From the NCBI RefSeq assembly GCF_009914755.1, contig NC_060932.1: a stretch of DNA of 64,000 nucleotides; one strand, given 5' to 3'. Source of the DNA: the human T2T-CHM13v2.0 reference genome, Homo sapiens. The translations under genes were made by a program, and so were the position numbers. Shown here in pieces: positions 60,992-64,000 of the stretch (its first letter is position 1; the number at the start of each line of letters is the position of its first letter). A model generated the notes under the pieces. The model ran no database searches, was not told the DNA's origin, and saw only the letters and a list, made by a program, of their open reading frames with translations.

Positions 60992-62735
60992 TATCCAAAT
61001 GCATTTTCTTCCCTTTTATGGTGCCACCAAATTCTTATTTCTAAGCTTATCCTAAAACAAGTGACTTTGTTTCACTAAAATCCATCACAGAACCTGCACC
61101 ACCCAAGTAAAACAAAAAGAAACCCAACGGTATGTTTGAGCCTTAATGAGAAAAGTTCGTGGCTGAATTTCTAGCTCTCTCACAATCACTGAAACCTACA
61201 AAAACAAGTTTCATGGTCCCAACGTCTGTCCCAAATCCAGAAGCACACTCAGCTTTGTAAAGATGTCTTGCACATTCCTGTCCATGCTTGGCTTCTTGCC
61301 TCCCTAAGTTTGGAATATTAATCACACTATCATCCAACCCACCAGAAACTTAAGAGTTACTCTTGACACCTACTTCTCTTCTTCCCTGTATCCCCAAATC
61401 CAATCCATCAACAAGACCCTGGAGGCTGTCTTCTATGAACTCCAGGAGCCTCTCTACTCCTGCGTCTTCACCTCTACTGCCCGGTGCCACCTTCGTCTTC
61501 CCACTGGACTAGCACAGTGAAGAAATGAGAAGGGAGGGAAAACAGAAAGGAAGAGGGCCATAAAGAGGGTGTGTTAATGAGTAGGTTACCACTGTGAGCA
61601 ACCGGAGTTCAGTCCCCAGAAAATCCTCAGAGCAACAATGTGAACACAACTCCAAGGTAGGAGGTATACCTACTATATGTCTGCCCAGCCATATCTGCCA
61701 CTTCCAATCTTTTATTGACTTCTCTTTGCTCTTAAGATGGAGAAAAAACAATTGTTGCCCAACCCATAAGGTCCTGCATGACCTGAACTTTAGCTTTCTC
61801 CAAAGCTGTCTATTGAGCTATTCCCTCTCAACTCATTCACTCCACTCCACTGACACTGTCCCTGCCTCTCTTAGGAGACCTGAGCACTTTCCCATTTCAG
61901 AGAGAGACATCATTCATGTTCTTCCCTCCTCTACCCATTCCTGTGCTGAGTCCAAGCAATTCTTAGCCCTGGATCATGCAGGAATCATATAGAAAGCGTT
62001 TACCCCATTCCCCAGAGATTCTGATTTAATCAATGTTGGTTCATCTCTGTATATTCTGTGCCCATTACAGTACCTGGCACATGAATATTCTCTAAATGTT
62101 TGAAGGGGAAAGGAAGAGAAGGACCAGTGAATTTCCCTAAAAGTCAAGAGATGGAATAATTATGATGGTTCACTTTTCCAATAGCAAACTGGGAAAGCTG
62201 TGTAAGTTGCGTGTTAGTGTGAAATGTCATTTCCCAAAAATATTGCTAGTCCTGGCCCTGTAGTTTCCTAGATCCTTCTATGAACATGTTAATATGGAGT
62301 GTCAATGCAGACCACATCTGAAGGCTGAATGCTCAGTTTTTCCAAAGTTCATTACCAAAGCAGTGTTAACTAAGACTTTTAACAAACACAATTTTAGTTT
62401 ATTTCTGTATCTATGCCTCAAATACTTTCTTGACTTCTAAAAATGATTACATTTTGTTTTATTTTCAGGTGAATGTTAAGGTCTTTTCTGTGTGAAAAGA
62501 TCCTCAGGCTCAGGAACTCATCCATGACTATCACTATATAATACAGTCTCCCTGTTAGATGCAATGAAACATAACAGAAAAAATTGAAGTGTCCTTTCTC
62601 AACTTGTTACTTGACGTGTGAGAAGAAAGCACAAAGCAGTGTTGAGGTGTAGATGGTGGCCAGTTGCCCAGGCTCACTTGTCAGCCAAGTAAGCAGGTCA
62701 GAAACACAGCCAGGTGATGCAGGCCACTGTGATTG

Positions 62736-62746
62736 ATGACTCAGCA
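62736..62746 (+). promoter_or_regulatory. Candidate NRF2/NF-E2 antioxidant response element (with embedded AP-1)
   Basis: ATGACTCAGCA, an exact match to the RTGACTCAGCA consensus. Confidence 0.45.
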
Positions 62747-63051
62747 ACAGGGAAAATGCCAGATGTCACTGACCTCACATGTTTACTAAAAATTTGTCAC
62801 AATCATCAAAGCAAAGTCTATAAAGCCCAAACTTACTATATAAAATTTATTATCAAAGTCCAGACAGATTAGAGACCCATATACCTCTAGTCTGTTTACC
62901 GCTGAGGACAAATACCATGGTTTTCATCTCTATAACCTCTGCACCAGCCACAATGCCTGGCACTTAGTGGGTTTCCAAGAAATACTTGTTGACTGAATTA
63001 ATGGAACCTAACAGCCAGCTTGAAAAATCCTTAGTTTGGGATTATTCCATA

Positions 63052-63641
63052 TTAGATGGCAGTTGAGACTCTAGAATATACCACTGTAGCATAAATATTA
63101 TTTTGAGCTCCAGATATTTGAGAATAGGTGTTTTTTTGTTTGTTTGTTTTTGTTTTTCCTTAAGTCCCAAATCTGCTATAAAGCAAAGCCTCCCCAAAGA
63201 CCTCAATTATCATAAATCCCCTCTCTAGGAGTTTCACAACCAGGGAAGATTGACTTATCACTAGAGACTTGGAAGCTGACACCATACCTAAATAGACACT
63301 GTCACAAAACTGTCATATGTCCCATATCTCCTTCTAAGGGCCCATTTATCTTTTCTAAAAGTCATTTGTTTTCCTATGTGTCTTTTCTCCCTGTGACCAT
63401 CCCCTATTAAGAAGTTGTTTTTTTGTAAGTGCCTGCTCCGCCTTCCCTTGTTCTGTTAAGATGGTGTATAACCCCCCAAATCTAGCCCCCTCGTTGAGTC
63501 ACATTTTTCTGTGAATTCCTATATATGTATGTGAATTTTTTTAATTTGTCTTTTCTTTTGTGAATCTCTCTTTTGTCAGTTTAATTTGCAGGCCCCCAAT
63601 TACTAAACATAAGAGGGTAAAGGAAAAGACTTTCCTCCCTG
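63052..63641 (+). mobile_element. MER34-like ERV1 LTR
   Basis: 3' end 'ttgtcagtttaatttgcaggccccc...agagggtaaaggaaaag..ttcctccct'. Confidence 0.55.
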
Positions 63642-63689
63642 AGAGAAGCATCATGGAAACCTTGATTTCTAGACTACCTCTCTCAGACA

Positions 63690-64000
63690 TTTTATGGTTT
63701 GGCTCTGTGTCCCCACCCAAATCTCAAGTTGAATTGTAATCCCCAATGTTGGGGGAGTGACCATGTGGGAGGTGATTGAATCATGGGGGCATATTTCCCC
63801 CTTGTCGATCTCATGAGTGAGTTCTCATGAGATCTGGTTGTTTAAAAGGGTGCAGCACTTCCCCCTTTGCTCTCTCTCCTGCCACCATGTGAATATGTGC
63901 TTGCTTCCCCTTCACCTTCTAACATGATTGTAAGTTTCCCGAGGCCTCCCCGGTCATGCCTCCTGTACAGCCTGTGAAACTGTGAGTCAATTGAACCTCT
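63690..64000 (+). mobile_element. MSTA/THE1D-type MaLR LTR, running off the window
   Basis: 'atggtttggctctgtgtccccacccaaatctc...gattgtaagtttcccgaggcctcccc'. Confidence 0.85.

Overview
Mammalian (human-type) genomic DNA lying wholly inside the dihydropyrimidinase gene DPYS, which is transcribed on the minus strand. Six coding exons (exons 2-7 by the usual numbering, 971 nt, about residues 89-412) were reconstructed by hand. All have GT-AG boundaries and a continuous reading frame, and they encode the amidohydrolase metal ligands K159, H192, H248 and D326. Exon 1 and exons 8-10 lie outside the window. The rest is intron, filled with about 22 Alus, L1/L2/MIR fragments, solo LTRs (LTR17/HERV-W, MER4, MER41, LTR16, MLT1, MST/THE1, MER34-like) and DNA transposon relics (MADE1 x2, MER5A, MER58A, Tigger3a, MER44). 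I see no evidence of a new gene or a new biological system. The most unusual signals are small and mechanistic. They include an Alu with a twin-priming 5' inversion, an Alu carrying both a MADE1 insertion and a self-templated hairpin, and inverted Alus flanking frame-neutral exon blocks (possible stop-free circRNAs). Others are a sense-oriented LTR whose poly(A) signal appears lost, and candidate ARE/FOXA/HNF4, GAS and CTCF sites. Repeat subfamily names come from recalled consensus sequences and need RepeatMasker/Dfam confirmation.
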